In this document: positions 1-11,224 of the stretch, in pieces
How the letters are laid out: the number at the start of each line of letters is the position of its first letter
Position numbering within the stretch: the stretch's first letter is position 1
Origin: Nitrospiraceae bacterium
GTDB lineage: Bacteria; Nitrospirota; Nitrospiria; Nitrospirales; Nitrospiraceae
DNA length: 49,354 bases
Direction of reading: 5' to 3'
Assembly (NCBI GenBank): GCA_052389395.1
Contig: JBQTHY010000034.1
Span: 1-49,354, forward strand
Notes under the pieces: generated by a model
The model's input: only the letters and a program-made list of their open reading frames with translations
What the model was told of the DNA's origin: nothing
The model's database searches: none
Made by a program: the position numbers and the translations under genes

Positions 1-1198
1 GCTGTCCCTGGAGTTGTTCTTGATAGAGTTTGGCCCTGGTCAGGAGTGCGTACGCATCCGTGGGATCCACTCGAAGGACCATGCTTAGGTCGTCGATAGC
101 CTGGTCAGGCTGGTTCAACCTCTTGTAAATGTCGCTCCGGAGAAAATAGGCTTCCTTGTGGTAGGGGATCCAGCTGTCCGCCACTTGAGGACTCAAGAAC
201 TTCTGGAGAATCGTAAGGGCGGAGGACCACTGCTTCGTGGTTGTGAGTTTGCGGGCTTGGGTCGTATAGAGATTGATCAAACGATGGTGTGCAAGGTCGA
301 AGAAGGGGTCTAGCTCGAGCGCTCGTTCGTACGAGTAGGCCGCGTCTTCTGGTCGTTGCAACCAAGTGTTCACGTCGCCTTGCCCAAGTAGGCCCCACGT
401 ATTTTTCGGGTCGATCATGAGCGCCCGATCAAAATCCATTCGGGCATTGTCGATGTATCCTGAATATTCGCTTGGCCTGGATTTGTTGGAGTATGCCGCA
501 GACACGAGCCGCAGATAGGTCTGGCCACGCACAATCAGGGGATCGACAGACAGAGGGTCCAAAGTCGCGGCCTGAGACGTCAGGTCGAGTTTCTGCCGGA
601 GATTCTCTGTCAGGATCGCCTTATCGACCAAGCTCCGGGCTTGTTCACGAGTTCCGCTGCGGCCGGGCTGGTCGATGTTAAGCATACGTACGCTGACGGA
701 AGTGGATTTCAACTCGTGGAGCTGGGCTTTTAGTTCCGCATTTTCTTTCTGGAGCCGACGAAAATGTTCAGCGAACTGTTGTTCAGATTGCCAGCGGCGA
801 ATGGCCGCTTGAAAATTGTCGAGATTAACAACCGCTCGGATGCGCACGAAAAAACTCGGGCGATCGTTCTCGAAGGAGCGCCGTGATTCAAGAATTTCTG
901 TTTTCGTAATTGCTGCAGCAATGGTGCGGATCTCAAGAGAACTGTTCTGGAGGCTCCTGCCCCCTAATGTCTTTTCTAGATCGTGGAAGGTGGATTCGAG
1001 ATAGATCCCCGCTTCTTCAACCGCTCTACGTTGGGCTCGTTGGAGAACTTTCTCCTCAGCGAGAGCCAGTGTATCGCCATCAGCCATCAGATAGCGACCT
1101 TCCGCGACAATTATGGTCTCTGCCCCCGATGCGTCGTGAAGGGAGAGAAGCATCACAACGGTCGCCATCAAGGCGGAGAGTGTGTGCCTGAAATGCAT
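1..1198 (-). CDS. Exported TPR-repeat protein (3' end runs off the window)
   Basis: Not in the ORF track. Manual translation from ATG 1198 is open to the window edge: signal peptide MHFRHTLSALMATVVMLLSLHDASGA, then ETIIVAEGRY..RAQRRAVEEAGIYLES, a coiled coil, and TPR-like repeats (DFDRALMIDPKNTWGLLGQGD; YERALELDP; AIDDLSMVLRVDPTDAYALLTRAKLY). Confidence 0.85.
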   Translation of the reverse strand, partial: MHFRHTLSALMATVVMLLSLHDASGAETIIVAEGRYLMADGDTLALAEEKVLQRAQRRAVEEAGIYLESTFHDLEKTLGGRSLQNSSLEIRTIAAAITKTEILESRRSFENDRPSFFVRIRAVVNLDNFQAAIRRWQSEQQFAEHFRRLQKENAELKAQLHELKSTSVSVRMLNIDQPGRSGTREQARSLVDKAILTENLRQKLDLTSQAATLDPLSVDPLIVRGQTYLRLVSAAYSNKSRPSEYSGYIDNARMDFDRALMIDPKNTWGLLGQGDVNTWLQRPEDAAYSYERALELDPFFDLAHHRLINLYTTQARKLTTTKQWSSALTILQKFLSPQVADSWIPYHKEAYFLRSDIYKRLNQPDQAIDDLSMVLRVDPTDAYALLTRAKLYQEQLQGQ

Positions 1199-1301
1199 GT
1201 GATAACTATACCGCTCAGGATGGTGCTGGACAATGCTTCCAAGGTACTGGATTTGAGGCGCAGGAAGAGCCCTGGAGGCCGCAAGGGATGAAGGCAACGA
1301 G

Positions 1302-1582
1302 TTAGTTTGTTTTCGGGAGAACCTGCATAAATGGATGAATTTCCACCCGTTCGAAGACACCGTGAACGGTATAGGGGGTCGCTGTGGGCAAACTCCTCGG
1401 CCTCATCCTGGTCCTTAAACTCTAGAACCAGCAAGCTTCCAGTCTGGTCGGTGAGGGGGGCCGGCGAGGACGATCCGCCATTATTTGTCGAGAGGATCTA
1501 GATTGGCGAGATGGGCAGATCTGTGGACCTTTCGCTTGGCCTCTGCGTCGGTGCCGTCATAGCCGATAATGACATATTTCAT
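1302..1582 (-). pseudogene. YciI-family protein, disrupted
   Basis: Reconstructs as MKYVIIGYDGTDAEAKRKVHRSAHLANLDPLDK*WRIVLAGP/LTDQTGSLLVLEFKDQDEAEEFAHSDP/YTVHGVFERVEIHPFMQVLPKTN*. YciI motifs (R..HL, AGP, GS, DPY) are present, with an in-frame TAA at 1481-1483 and +1 shifts in the G6 (1455-1460) and G5 (1374-1378) runs. Confidence 0.85.
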
Positions 1583-1656
1583 GTCCGCACTCTTTCTTTC
1601 GGCTTCAGGGTCAGACTGACCCTGTTTCGATTGAGCAGAACAGACGAGGCAGGTCC

Positions 1657-2058
1657 CTAAAGTGGGCAGCGATCTTTATACCCCGTCGTGACTTCATGCC
1701 AAAACCGTATCTCTTTCTCGCCGAGCTTCCAGCACAAATAGACGACTCGACCATCACGAACATGCGGGAAATCGCACAGCCCTAGATCAATATCCTTGAC
1801 CACGACCCCCAGTTCATGGATCGCGAGGAGATTGGTACTGATGTCCTGGAGGCTTTTCACGTAATGGGTGCCAACCGACGTACCGCCCCCCAGGTTGGCC
1901 TTGGACGACGCCTTCCGCACTTCCTCGCGCGTTCGAAAGAGAACCGCCTTCCCTTGTTGCACAGTTGACAGATGTGACTGAAGCTGAGGGATCAGCTGGT
2001 TCGCTTCGAAGAGAGAAAAGACACGGTCTGGGCTGGTTTCGTTCTCATCCTGGGCCAT
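1657..2058 (-). CDS. DUF2203-family protein
   Basis: FSLFEANQLIP...GVVVKDIDLGLCDFP..VYLCWKLGE..FWHEVTTGYKDRCPL signature; ATG 2058 preceded by a GGAGG-like SD. Confidence 0.85.
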   Translation of the reverse strand: MAQDENETSPDRVFSLFEANQLIPQLQSHLSTVQQGKAVLFRTREEVRKASSKANLGGGTSVGTHYVKSLQDISTNLLAIHELGVVVKDIDLGLCDFPHVRDGRVVYLCWKLGEKEIRFWHEVTTGYKDRCPL

Positions 2059-2195
2059 GAAGAGTGCAACTCCTCCGGATTGTGTAACACACTTCCAATT
2101 CCAGGAACAACCGGCTGAAAAGAGGCATAGATCTCGGCGCAGAGGAAGGAAGGGGGTGCGAATGGCAGTGGGAAACGGGAAAATGCAGTTGCTAG

Positions 2196-2224
2196 TTGAC
2201 AACCAGCCTGGGCCTGGGTATCAT
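2196..2224 (+). promoter_or_regulatory. sigma70-type promoter of rho
   Basis: TTGACA (2196-2201), 17 nt, TATCAT (2219-2224). Confidence 0.7.
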
Positions 2225-2549
2225 TCAGCGTAGCATTCCTGTGTGAATGTAATCTCTCCATCAAAGAACTCAACTCTGGACCCTGTCTCGAACCAAACCT
2301 AGTAAGCACGTGAGTGTGGGACTCGTAGGCCAGCCAAAGATCTTGTGCATGCCCAATTTTCCGGTAATCTCGGAGACCACGGTTATTCTGCATAGGTAGG
2401 GCGGACGCCCTCCGCAAGTTGTTCGATCCAAACATACCAAACATACAGCCATCACGACGATACAAAAATTTAAGCACGTTTCGCATGACCAATCGAATTG
2501 AGCAAGTTGGTATGACCCATAAGCGAGCCATGGGCTCGAGAGGAGTGGT

Positions 2550-3821
2550 ATGTCAGTAGCTAAGGGGGAAGTGATGCATCTCGCAGAGTTGAAACAAAAG
2601 TCGATTGCCGACCTCAATGACGTAGCCCGCGAACTGAAAATCGAAGGAGCCGCCAATCTGAGAAAACAGGAGTTGATCTTTGCGATCCTCCAAGCTCAGA
2701 CGGAGAAGAACGGCGTGGTCTTTGGGGAAGGCGTGCTGGAGACACTCCCTGACGGCTTTGGCTTTCTACGCGCCCCAGACTCCAACTACCTTCCGGGTCC
2801 AGACGACATCTACATTTCGCCCTCACAGATTCGGCGGTTCAATCTTCGTACTGGCGACATTGTCTCTGGGCAGATCCGGCCTCCGAAGGAGAGTGAGCGC
2901 TACTTTGCACTGCTGAAGGTTGAGAAGGTCAACTACGAAGACCCGGAAGTGGCGCGGGACAAAATCCTCTTCGATAACCTGACTCCGCTGTATCCCGAAG
3001 AGCGGATCAACCTGGAATTCGACCGCGAAGAATACTGCACACGCGTGATGGATTTGACGACTCCGATCGGGAAGGGCCAGCGCGGATTGATCGTCGCCGC
3101 TCCTCGCACCGGTAAGACGATGTTGCTGCAGGCGATTGCACGAGCCATTCTGAAGAACCATAAGGAAGTGACCCTCATTGTCCTGCTGATCGACGAGCGG
3201 CCTGAAGAGGTCACCGACTGGCAACGGCAGGTCAAGGCGGAAGTCATCAGCTCCACATTTGATGAGCCGGCGCAGCGGCACGCGCAAGTCGCAGAAATGG
3301 TGCTGGAGAAGGCAAAGCGGCTCGTCGAGCATAAGAAGGACGTCGTCATCCTCCTGGACAGCATCACCCGTCTTGCACGCGCCTATAACACGATCGCGCC
3401 GCCGAGCGGGAAGGTGCTTTCCGGCGGTCTCGATTCAAACGCGCTTCAGCGACCGAAGCGGTTTTTTGGCGCAGCTCGCAACATTGAAAACGGCGGGAGC
3501 TTAACCATCATGGCGACCGCGCTCGTCGATACCGGCAGCCGCATGGACGACGTCATTTTTGAAGAATTCAAGGGGACCGGGAACATGGAAGTCCACCTGG
3601 ATCGTCGCCTGGCCGACAAGCGGATCTTCCCAGCGATCGACATCAGCCAATCCGGTACCCGCAAGGAAGAATTGCTGGTGGATAAGGACCGGCTCAACAA
3701 GATGTGGATTCTACGCAAGGTCCTGAGCCCCTTGGGCACGATGGAAGCGATGGAATTCCTCATGGATAAGATCGGGGGCACCAAGACCAATCAAGAGTTC
3801 CTTCAGTCGATGAATCGATAA
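2550..3821 (+). CDS. rho: Transcription termination factor Rho
   Basis: DGFGFLR RNA-binding motif, [18 protein letters not shown]-loop, [21 protein letters not shown]. Confidence 0.99.
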   Translation: MSVAKGEVMHLAELKQKSIADLNDVARELKIEGAANLRKQELIFAILQAQTEKNGVVFGEGVLETLPDGFGFLRAPDSNYLPGPDDIYISPSQIRRFNLRTGDIVSGQIRPPKESERYFALLKVEKVNYEDPEVARDKILFDNLTPLYPEERINLEFDREEYCTRVMDLTTPIGKGQRGLIVAAPRTGKTMLLQAIARAILKNHKEVTLIVLLIDERPEEVTDWQRQVKAEVISSTFDEPAQRHAQVAEMVLEKAKRLVEHKKDVVILLDSITRLARAYNTIAPPSGKVLSGGLDSNALQRPKRFFGAARNIENGGSLTIMATALVDTGSRMDDVIFEEFKGTGNMEVHLDRRLADKRIFPAIDISQSGTRKEELLVDKDRLNKMWILRKVLSPLGTMEAMEFLMDKIGGTKTNQEFLQSMNR

Positions 3822-3930
3822 GAGGGGGGACTTGTTTACGGCCCCAGAGTTCGGATAGCGTGTACTGCGTGTACTGATTGTGACATGGGAGCAAGAGACG
3901 GACAGCACATTCGGTAAGGAGTCGTGGGTC

Positions 3931-4137
3931 ATGCAGAAGGGTATCCATCCAATCTACCGGGAAGCCACAGTCCATTGTGCCTGTGGGAATTCTTTCAAGA
4001 CGCGCACAACGATCGGCGACATCAGCGTCGATATCTGCTCCAATTGTCATCCGTTCTTTACCGGCACGCAAAAGATTGTCGATACTGAAGGGCGTGTCGA
4101 GCGGTTCAAAAAGAAGTACGCGAAAAAGGGCAAGTAG
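3931..4137 (+). CDS. rpmE: 50S ribosomal protein L31 (Zn-binding type)
   Basis: [34 protein letters not shown]; AAGGAG SD. Confidence 0.97.
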   Translation: MQKGIHPIYREATVHCACGNSFKTRTTIGDISVDICSNCHPFFTGTQKIVDTEGRVERFKKKYAKKGK

Positions 4138-4155
4138 CGACACCGATGGCCATAG

Positions 4156-4198
4156 AAGAGACCCTGCTTCGCCCCGAAGCAGGGTCTCTTTGTTTTTG
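4156..4198 (+). terminator. Intrinsic terminator after rpmE
   Basis: 16-bp perfect stem AAGAGACCCTGCTTCG/CGAAGCAGGGTCTCTT followed by TGTTTTTG. Confidence 0.85.
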
Positions 4199-4235
4199 TG
4201 GCATGGATGGTTACAGGGGGAGGAGAACGAGGACG

Positions 4236-5315
4236 ATGGAATCAGCTCTGCGCAAGAAATGGGAATCTGCTGCATCGCGATTTCGCGAGTTGACCGATCA
4301 ACTCATGGACGCATCTGTCGCCAGCCAGCCGACCCTCTTGCAGACGCTTAATAAGGAACGAACGGACCTTGAACCAGCGGCCAAACTGTTTGAAACCTAT
4401 CGTGACTATGCGAGGCAGCTTGAGGAAGCCGCAGAAATCCTCGCCGATCCCTCGGCCGGCAGCGAGTTGCATAGAATGGCGGCCGAAGAAACAGCCGAAT
4501 TGGAGCGACAGCAGGCCGAGATAGAAGAACAGGCAAGAGAATTCCTCATTCCAAAAGATCCGCGGGACGACAAGAGTCTGGTCCTGGAAATCCGGGCGGG
4601 GACCGGTGGGGATGAAGCGGCCTTGTTTGCCGGTGAACTGTTTCGACTTTATGCCAAGTACGCGGAGAAGAAAGGATTCAAGGTCGATACGGTTGAGGCA
4701 AGCGAAACCGGTATCGGAGGGTACAAGAACATTGTCGCGCTGATTGAAGGCAAGGGAGCCTACAGCCATTTTAAGTACGAGGCAGGCGTGCATCGTGTAC
4801 AACGGGTACCGGTCACCGAAGCGGCCGGCCGGATCCACACGTCAACTGTTACAGTGGCGGTCATGCCCGAAGTCGATGAAGTCGACGTGCGGATCGACCC
4901 CATGGATCTCCGAATCGATACCTTTTGTTCTTCCGGGGCCGGCGGACAGAGCGTCAATACAACCAAATCGGCGGTCCGCATTACCCACATCCCAACCGGG
5001 GTTGTAGTGAGCTGTCAGGACGAACGGTCGCAGTTGAAAAATCGCAACAAAGCCATGCGGACGTTGCGGGCCAGGATTGTCCAAGCGGAGCGGGAGAAGC
5101 AAGAAGCGGAACTTGCCCAGAGTAGAAAAGCACAGGTGGGGACCGGCGAGCGGAGCGAGAAGATTCGAACCTATAACTTTCCCCAAAACAGGGTGACGGA
5201 TCATCGGGTCGGCGTGACATTACACAAGCTCGAAATGGTGATGGAGGGCGATCTCGATGAAATCGTCCAGGCCCTCAAGAGCCAGCAGCAACAGGGCGAA
5301 AGAGCTAAAGCGTAA
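4236..5315 (+). CDS. prfA: Peptide chain release factor 1
   Basis: [14 protein letters not shown] recognition motif (RVPVTE), GAGGQSVN (GGQ), [14 protein letters not shown]; start taken at MESALRK. Confidence 0.98.
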   Translation: MESALRKKWESAASRFRELTDQLMDASVASQPTLLQTLNKERTDLEPAAKLFETYRDYARQLEEAAEILADPSAGSELHRMAAEETAELERQQAEIEEQAREFLIPKDPRDDKSLVLEIRAGTGGDEAALFAGELFRLYAKYAEKKGFKVDTVEASETGIGGYKNIVALIEGKGAYSHFKYEAGVHRVQRVPVTEAAGRIHTSTVTVAVMPEVDEVDVRIDPMDLRIDTFCSSGAGGQSVNTTKSAVRITHIPTGVVVSCQDERSQLKNRNKAMRTLRARIVQAEREKQEAELAQSRKAQVGTGERSEKIRTYNFPQNRVTDHRVGVTLHKLEMVMEGDLDEIVQALKSQQQQGERAKA

Positions 5316-5333
5316 CCGATTAGCGCTTCAAGC

Positions 5334-6209
5334 ATGGCAGAGTTGAAGACGATAGGCGCACTTGTCGCGTGGGCACGGCGGTCCTTGGACCATGCCGGAG
5401 TGGAGAATGCGACTCAGGAGGCTCTGTGGTTATTGGCGCACGCGCTTGGACGACAGAGCCACTGTGTGACGAGCGACGCGGAGTCGCCAGTCTCTGACCA
5501 GCTATGGGCTCGTGCCGAATCGCTGGTATCGAGGCGGGTGGCACGCGAACCGCTACAGTACATCTTGGGCACGCAAGAATTTTGCGGCCTCGAATTTCAC
5601 GTGAACCCGGCGGTCTTGATTCCCCGGCCTGAAACGGAGCTTTTGATTCAAGAAGTGGTCAGGCGGTGCGCAGTCAACAAATATGCCACGCTTGTCGATG
5701 TGGCGACGGGGTCCGGCTGTGTGGCCATTACGTTGGCAACGATCCTCGATGGGATACGCATCCTCGCGCTTGACCGATTTCCTGAGGCATTGGCGGTTGC
5801 GAAGACCAATGCGGAGCGACATGCAGTCGGTGATAAGATTGAATGGCTGGAAGGCGATCTATTGTCTCCACTGCGAGAGAAGGGAATGGCTGGAGCAGTG
5901 GATGTCATCGTATCGAATCCTCCCTACATAGCCGAGGCGGATTGGGCCGGCTTACAGCCAGAGGTGCGAATCTACGAGCCGCGTCCGGCATTGATCGCCG
6001 GGCAAAAGGGAACCGAGCTCCATGAGCGTTTGCTTCATGACTCCCGGGAGTATCTTGTTCCCGGGGGATTGCTGGTCATGGAAATCGGTCAGGGCCAGGC
6101 CGCTGCCCTACGGCAACTCGCAGAACAGCAGGGGGGATACGCGGCGCTTCGAATGGTGGAAGATGCCGCCGGCATTGAACGAGTGATGATCGCCGAGCGG
6201 ATGGGATAG
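5334..6209 (+). CDS. prmC: Release factor glutamine methyltransferase
   Basis: EPLQYILG, VLIPRPETE, DVATGSG, SNPPY; follows prfA. Confidence 0.96.
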   Translation: MAELKTIGALVAWARRSLDHAGVENATQEALWLLAHALGRQSHCVTSDAESPVSDQLWARAESLVSRRVAREPLQYILGTQEFCGLEFHVNPAVLIPRPETELLIQEVVRRCAVNKYATLVDVATGSGCVAITLATILDGIRILALDRFPEALAVAKTNAERHAVGDKIEWLEGDLLSPLREKGMAGAVDVIVSNPPYIAEADWAGLQPEVRIYEPRPALIAGQKGTELHERLLHDSREYLVPGGLLVMEIGQGQAAALRQLAEQQGGYAALRMVEDAAGIERVMIAERMG

Positions 6210-6223
6210 AAATCAAAAGGGCG

Positions 6224-7489
6224 ATGGACGAAATTGTCATCACAGGTGGGAATCGGTTGCGGGGTGAAGTCCGAATCAGCGGGGCGAAGAACTCTGCCCT
6301 TCCGATCTTTGCCTCGACCATTCTGGGTGGCGGCGAATGTGTCATCACGAATGTGCCCTGCGTGGTTGATGTGCTCACGATGGGCAAGGTCTTGGGCATC
6401 CTTGGCGCGAAGGTCGCGCATGAGGGCAGCCGCGCGGTTATCAAGGCAGACGTGATTCATTCTACCGAGGCCCCCTATGAGCTTGTGAAAACCATGCGGG
6501 CCTCCGTCCTGGTGTTGGGGCCATTGGTCGCGCGCTGGGGGAAGGCGACGGTATCGCTCCCGGGTGGATGTGCGATCGGTTCGCGACCAGTGAATCTCCA
6601 TCTAGCCGGGCTGGCAAAATTAGGGGCTGACATTTCCATCGAGCATGGGTATATCAGCGCCAAGGCCAAACGTCTAAGAGGCGCACGGATTTACTGCGAC
6701 ACCCCGACGGTGACCGGAACCGAGAATCTGATGATGGCAGCATCGCTCGCCGAGGGGACGACCGTGATCGAGAACGCGGCCAAGGAACCGGAAGTCGCGG
6801 ATTTGGCCGATTTTCTGACCAAGCGAGGTGCGCACATAGACGGAGCGGGGACTGATATCATCACGATCGACGGAGTGCGGGAGCTTCAGGGAGGGGACCA
6901 CGAGGTGATTCCCGACCGCATCGAGGCTGGAACCTACCTGGCTGCTGCGGCCATGACGAAGGGAGATGTTACCCTGACTCGTTGCCGGCCCGTCGATATG
7001 GAAGCGGTGCTGATGAAGCTCCGGGAAGCGGGAGCTGAGGTGCAGACGGAGAAAGACCGTGTTCGGTTGACGGTGCCTGGCAAACTCAAGGGAACGGATG
7101 TAAGAACCTTGCCATTCCCGGGCTTCCCCACAGACATGCAGGCACAAATGGTGGCGTTGATGACCTTGGCCGAAGGGACGAGTGTCGTCACCGAAACGGT
7201 TTTTGAAAGCCGGTTCATGCACGTCGAAGAATTGCGCCGGATGGGGGCCGCTATCCGAGTGGAAGGCAATCGATTGGTTGTGACGGGACGACAGAATCTC
7301 ACCGGAGCTCCGGTGATGGCTTCAGACCTCCGTGCCAGCGCAGGCCTCATCGTTGCCGGTCTAGCCGCCGAGGGGGTAACCAGAGTGCAGCGGGTGTACC
7401 ATCTCGACCGGGGGTACGATCGAATCGAAGAGAAGCTGCGAACGTTGGGCGCCTTAATCGAACGCCGCAAGACGGCTCAGGCACAGTAG
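6224..7489 (+). CDS. murA: UDP-N-acetylglucosamine 1-carboxyvinyltransferase
   Basis: [20 protein letters not shown] (active-site Cys), [22 protein letters not shown]. Confidence 0.99.
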   Translation: MDEIVITGGNRLRGEVRISGAKNSALPIFASTILGGGECVITNVPCVVDVLTMGKVLGILGAKVAHEGSRAVIKADVIHSTEAPYELVKTMRASVLVLGPLVARWGKATVSLPGGCAIGSRPVNLHLAGLAKLGADISIEHGYISAKAKRLRGARIYCDTPTVTGTENLMMAASLAEGTTVIENAAKEPEVADLADFLTKRGAHIDGAGTDIITIDGVRELQGGDHEVIPDRIEAGTYLAAAAMTKGDVTLTRCRPVDMEAVLMKLREAGAEVQTEKDRVRLTVPGKLKGTDVRTLPFPGFPTDMQAQMVALMTLAEGTSVVTETVFESRFMHVEELRRMGAAIRVEGNRLVVTGRQNLTGAPVMASDLRASAGLIVAGLAAEGVTRVQRVYHLDRGYDRIEEKLRTLGALIERRKTAQAQ

Positions 7490-7506
7490 GCAGCTTAGAG
7501 GGTGCG

Positions 7507-8205
7507 ATGCTGACAATTGCCTTGCCAAAAGGAAAGCTCATTGAGTCCGCCTTGGAATTATTCCGTCGGGCCGGCTATGAATGTGCCGGGTTGTCCAGTG
7601 ATAGCCGTCGCCTCGTATTCGTCTTCCCCGAGATCGATACCACGTTTTTGATCGTCCGACCCAGTGACGTCCCGACCTACGTGGAATACGGGGGGGCGGA
7701 CGCCGGAATCGTCGGCAAAGACGTCCTGATGGAGCAGGAGAGTGACGTCTATGAGCCATTGGATTTGGGGTTCGGAGCGTGTAGAATCTCGGTTGCCGCA
7801 CTACGGGGAGAGGCATCGCGCGAGCGGTTGTCGTCCAAAATCCGCGTCGCCACCAAGTACCCCAAGGTTACCGAGCGGTTTTTCAATCAGCGGGGCGTCC
7901 CGGTCGAAGTCATTAAGTTATACGGCTCGATCGAGCTGGCCCCTATGGTGGGCCTGGCCGATCGGATCGTTGATCTGGTCGAAACCGGCAGTACGCTCAA
8001 GGCCCACGATCTCGTCGAGGTGGAAGTGATCGCCCAATCGACGGCGCGCTTTATCGTCAATCGAGCGAGTCTGCGACTGAAACACGAACCGCTCATGGAG
8101 TTGATCCGCAGGCTCCGGGCGGCAATCGCGAACCGGGCTCTAGTGTCCAGCAACGGTCGTCGGTCGACCGCACGCAAGGGCAGGAGAAGGGCGGGGCGCG
8201 CATGA
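7507..8205 (+). CDS. hisG: ATP phosphoribosyltransferase, short form
   Basis: LTIALPKG, VATKYP, LYGSIELAP..GLADRIVDLVETGSTLKA; lacks the C-terminal regulatory domain. Confidence 0.97.
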   Translation: MLTIALPKGKLIESALELFRRAGYECAGLSSDSRRLVFVFPEIDTTFLIVRPSDVPTYVEYGGADAGIVGKDVLMEQESDVYEPLDLGFGACRISVAALRGEASRERLSSKIRVATKYPKVTERFFNQRGVPVEVIKLYGSIELAPMVGLADRIVDLVETGSTLKAHDLVEVEVIAQSTARFIVNRASLRLKHEPLMELIRRLRAAIANRALVSSNGRRSTARKGRRRAGRA

Positions 8206-9485
8206 AGGTTGTCACACAAGCAGATCGCAGCTTCCTTGCCACTTTGAAGAAGGCAGCACTACGGGGTCAGGTGGCCGGTGCGGCAGTAGAGAAAAAGGTT
8301 CGCACGATCCTGCAGGCCGTTGAGCGCGGAGGGGACAAAGCGGTCCTACGCTACACGAAACAATTCGACAAGGTCTCGCTCAAGCCCGATGCGCTACGTG
8401 TGACACCAGAGGAAATCAAGAACGCCTATTTCCACATCCGGAAGGATGAAGGCGATGCGCTTCGACTCGCGTCGCAACGGATTACCGCATTTCATGAACG
8501 CCAACGGACCAAGACTTGGATGTACCAGGACAACGATGCCACTCTTGGGCAGGTTGTCACGCCGGTTGATGCGGTTGGCGTGTATGTGCCGGGTGGCAAG
8601 GCTGTCTACCCGTCATCGGTGCTGATGTGTGCAATTCCGGCGAAGGTCGCCGGTGTGGAGCGCATCGTGATGGTCACGCCGCCGCAAAAGGGCTGCATTA
8701 ATCCCTATCTACTCGTGGCTGCCGATATTGCCGGAATTACCGAGATCTATCGGGTCGGCGGAGTCCAGGCCGTTGCCGCGCTCGCCTATGGGACGAAGAC
8801 CGTTGCCAAGGTGGACAAGATCGTCGGGCCGGGGAATATTTACGTTGCGACAGCCAAGCGCCTGCTCTATGGAACCGTCGGCATCGACATGATCGCGGGA
8901 CCGAGCGAGCTATTGGTGGTCGCCGATGACGAAGCCAAGCCAGCGCATATTGCGGCTGATCTGCTCTGTGAAGCCGAGCATGACGAAGATGCGCAGGTCT
9001 TCCTCGTGACGACATCCGAACGATTGGCTAAAGACGTGTCGAAGTTGATCGAGAGTCAGTTGAAAGGGCTCCAACGTGAAAAGATCGCCTCGAAGGCGAT
9101 TGCGCGTCATTCCGTCGCGTTTGTCGTCACGACCATGGAAGAAGCCATCGACGTGGCGAACGAAATCGCCCCAGAGCACTTGACGCTCTCGGTGGACAAT
9201 CCTTTCGACTATTTGGAAAAAGTGCGGCATGCCGGAGCGCTCTTCTTGGGCCGCTATACCCCGCCATCGGTTGCGGATTATGTGGCGGGCCCCAATCATG
9301 TCTTGCCGACCGGCGGCACCGCGCGATTTTTCTCGCCGCTGTCGGTGAACGATTATGTGAAGGTCAGCAATATCATTCACTACACGAAGCAGGAGCTGGC
9401 GAAGGTGAAAGATCCGTTGTTCCGATTGGCCCAAATCGAAGGGTTTGACGCGCATGGGAAGTCGGCCCAGAGCAGGTTCTCATGA
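8202..9485 (+). CDS. hisD: Histidinol dehydrogenase
   Basis: [45 protein letters not shown]; ATGA overlap with hisG. Confidence 0.99.
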   Translation: MKVVTQADRSFLATLKKAALRGQVAGAAVEKKVRTILQAVERGGDKAVLRYTKQFDKVSLKPDALRVTPEEIKNAYFHIRKDEGDALRLASQRITAFHERQRTKTWMYQDNDATLGQVVTPVDAVGVYVPGGKAVYPSSVLMCAIPAKVAGVERIVMVTPPQKGCINPYLLVAADIAGITEIYRVGGVQAVAALAYGTKTVAKVDKIVGPGNIYVATAKRLLYGTVGIDMIAGPSELLVVADDEAKPAHIAADLLCEAEHDEDAQVFLVTTSERLAKDVSKLIESQLKGLQREKIASKAIARHSVAFVVTTMEEAIDVANEIAPEHLTLSVDNPFDYLEKVRHAGALFLGRYTPPSVADYVAGPNHVLPTGGTARFFSPLSVNDYVKVSNIIHYTKQELAKVKDPLFRLAQIEGFDAHGKSAQSRFS

Positions 9486-10090
9486 AGAAGAACGGATCGG
9501 CTCCGCGACAAGCGAGCATTCAACGCACCACCAAAGAAACCGACATCCGCGTCGAGTGGACGCTTGACGGCGGCGGGCAGGGGAAGATCGACACCGGCAT
9601 CCGGTTTTTCGACCACATGCTGGAGTTGCTTTCGAAGCACGGGTTCTTCGACCTGACGGTGCAGGCAAAGGGCGACATCGACATTGACGAGCACCACACG
9701 GTCGAAGATGTCGGGATCGTTATGGGCCAAGCGTTGCGCCAGGCGCTCGGTGAAAAGGCGGGCATCAAGCGATTCGGGTTTGCCTCAGTCCCGCTCGACG
9801 AAACACTGGCGCAGGTGACAGTCGACCTCAGTGGGCGGCCTTACCTTGTCTACAACGTCAAGTTGACCGACCGGAAGATCAAATCGTTCGATCTCGGTCT
9901 GTTCGAGGATTTCTTCCAGGCCTTCGTCACCCACGGTGGACTCAACTTGCATGTGAACCTCTTGTACGGTCGCAACCCGCACCACATCATGGAAGCCATT
10001 TTCAAAGCGCTGGCCAAGGCCCTGGATCAGGCCACGATGCTGGAAGAGCGGCTGGCGGGTAGGGTCCTCTCGACCAAGGGAATGTTGTAG
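9482..10090 (+). CDS. hisB: Imidazoleglycerol-phosphate dehydratase
   Basis: [42 protein letters not shown]. Confidence 0.98.
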   Translation: MKKNGSAPRQASIQRTTKETDIRVEWTLDGGGQGKIDTGIRFFDHMLELLSKHGFFDLTVQAKGDIDIDEHHTVEDVGIVMGQALRQALGEKAGIKRFGFASVPLDETLAQVTVDLSGRPYLVYNVKLTDRKIKSFDLGLFEDFFQAFVTHGGLNLHVNLLYGRNPHHIMEAIFKALAKALDQATMLEERLAGRVLSTKGML

Positions 10091-10338
10091 CCTTCCGCAG
10101 GTCCCGTCGTAGCGAACAGCCCCACCGTGCTCACTCCACCCATCCCCCAGTGGGTCCCTTCCGTTGCGCGCGCTGGGGCGCCCGCTTGGCACCACCCGCT
10201 AACTCTAGAGGGAGGCGGATAGGCAGTAGAACTCAAGATTGAGTTGAATGAGCGGGCGGGTTTTAGAAGGAGCCTGCCCGTTTCCTTATCCAATGTAGCG
10301 TGCGGATTGAGGAAAAAAGGATGTGTTCTCCGGAAGGC

Positions 10339-10869
10339 CTATGGATCTGCATACCGCACGAAAAGTTGAAGCTGATAGTTGCCTCGATCAGAAGCATAGG
10401 TGCGTCCAGTTCTTGAGAACCCAAGCTTCGCAAGTATAGCGGCCATAGCCACGTTATCGACTCGTGTAGTAGCAAACACTCCTCTTCCGTCTGCTTGCGA
10501 AAATGCGAGCTGGCAAAGCCTACGTGCCAAGCCTTGATTTCTGGCGCTGGGCAAGACGAACACGTATCCTAGCTCGAAAGGCAACTCGTTGGTATTCAAG
10601 GATACTGCCGTCTTGGATTCAAGCTTCTTGCGGTGGCTTGGCAAAGGGTTCTTTAGTGCAGCTACTCCAACTAGACATGAATCCTGCCGTCCAAAGACCA
10701 GACACTTTGCATTTCGCACATTCCGTTCGAGCGCAATGTTCCCGACTTCATTGCCGGCCCGTACCAATGAGATGAAATCCAGAATATCAGTTTTCGAGAA
10801 GCCTCCGGGTGGATTGACGGTAAGAATTTGAGCTGATCCCATAATGTTCGGGTTAAGATTTTCATTCAA
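10339..10869 (-). CDS. GNAT-family N-acetyltransferase
   Basis: ELGYVFVLPSARNQGLARRL (acetyl-CoA motif A) and N..M..IL.KLGF; start may be TTG 10869 or ATG 10842. Confidence 0.8.
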   Translation of the reverse strand: MNENLNPNIMGSAQILTVNPPGGFSKTDILDFISLVRAGNEVGNIALERNVRNAKCLVFGRQDSCLVGVAALKNPLPSHRKKLESKTAVSLNTNELPFELGYVFVLPSARNQGLARRLCQLAFSQADGRGVFATTRVDNVAMAAILAKLGFSRTGRTYASDRGNYQLQLFVRYADP

Positions 10870-11224
10870 GGCGTTTCTGGAACAGTTGGCGTCCGAGGTT
10901 TAAGGATGGAAGGCGTCTCGAGTTTCGGCAGCTCCCTTGGGAGTGACGGGGGTGCTGACTCTTCTTTCTGTGGTGCCAGGGAGGATGGAGGCTTTGGTTG
11001 AGGGGGAGGTGCTGAGACGAATGGACCATCTAAAATTTGCGTGATGCAATCATCCTTCTTCCCCTTTTTACAGCACGTTTGGCAAACATAAAAAAACCAT
11101 CAGGTCTGATGCAGGGATGTGGATCGTTGCACAGCTCTGCGCATCGCAAGCCTGAGCACTGCCATTCAGCAAAAGCGTTGCCTGGGTTAAAGACAGCCAC
11201 CCGTATCAGAATCAAGAAGGCCAT
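10866..11224 (-). pseudogene. Small secreted Cys-rich protein with Pro-rich tail, frameshifted at a T7 run
   Basis: MAFLILIRVAVFNPGNAFA-EWQCSGLRCAELCNDPHPCIRPDGFF continues in the -1 frame as YVCQTCCKKGKKDDCITQILDGPFVSAPPPQPKPP...PTVPETP*; shift lies in A7 at 11090-11096. Confidence 0.5.

Noticed and set aside
10090-10224. Possible further repeat starting at the hisB TAG (GCCTTCCGC...GCGGATAGGC)
   Set aside because: Only ~9 bp of imperfect inverted match, which could be chance.
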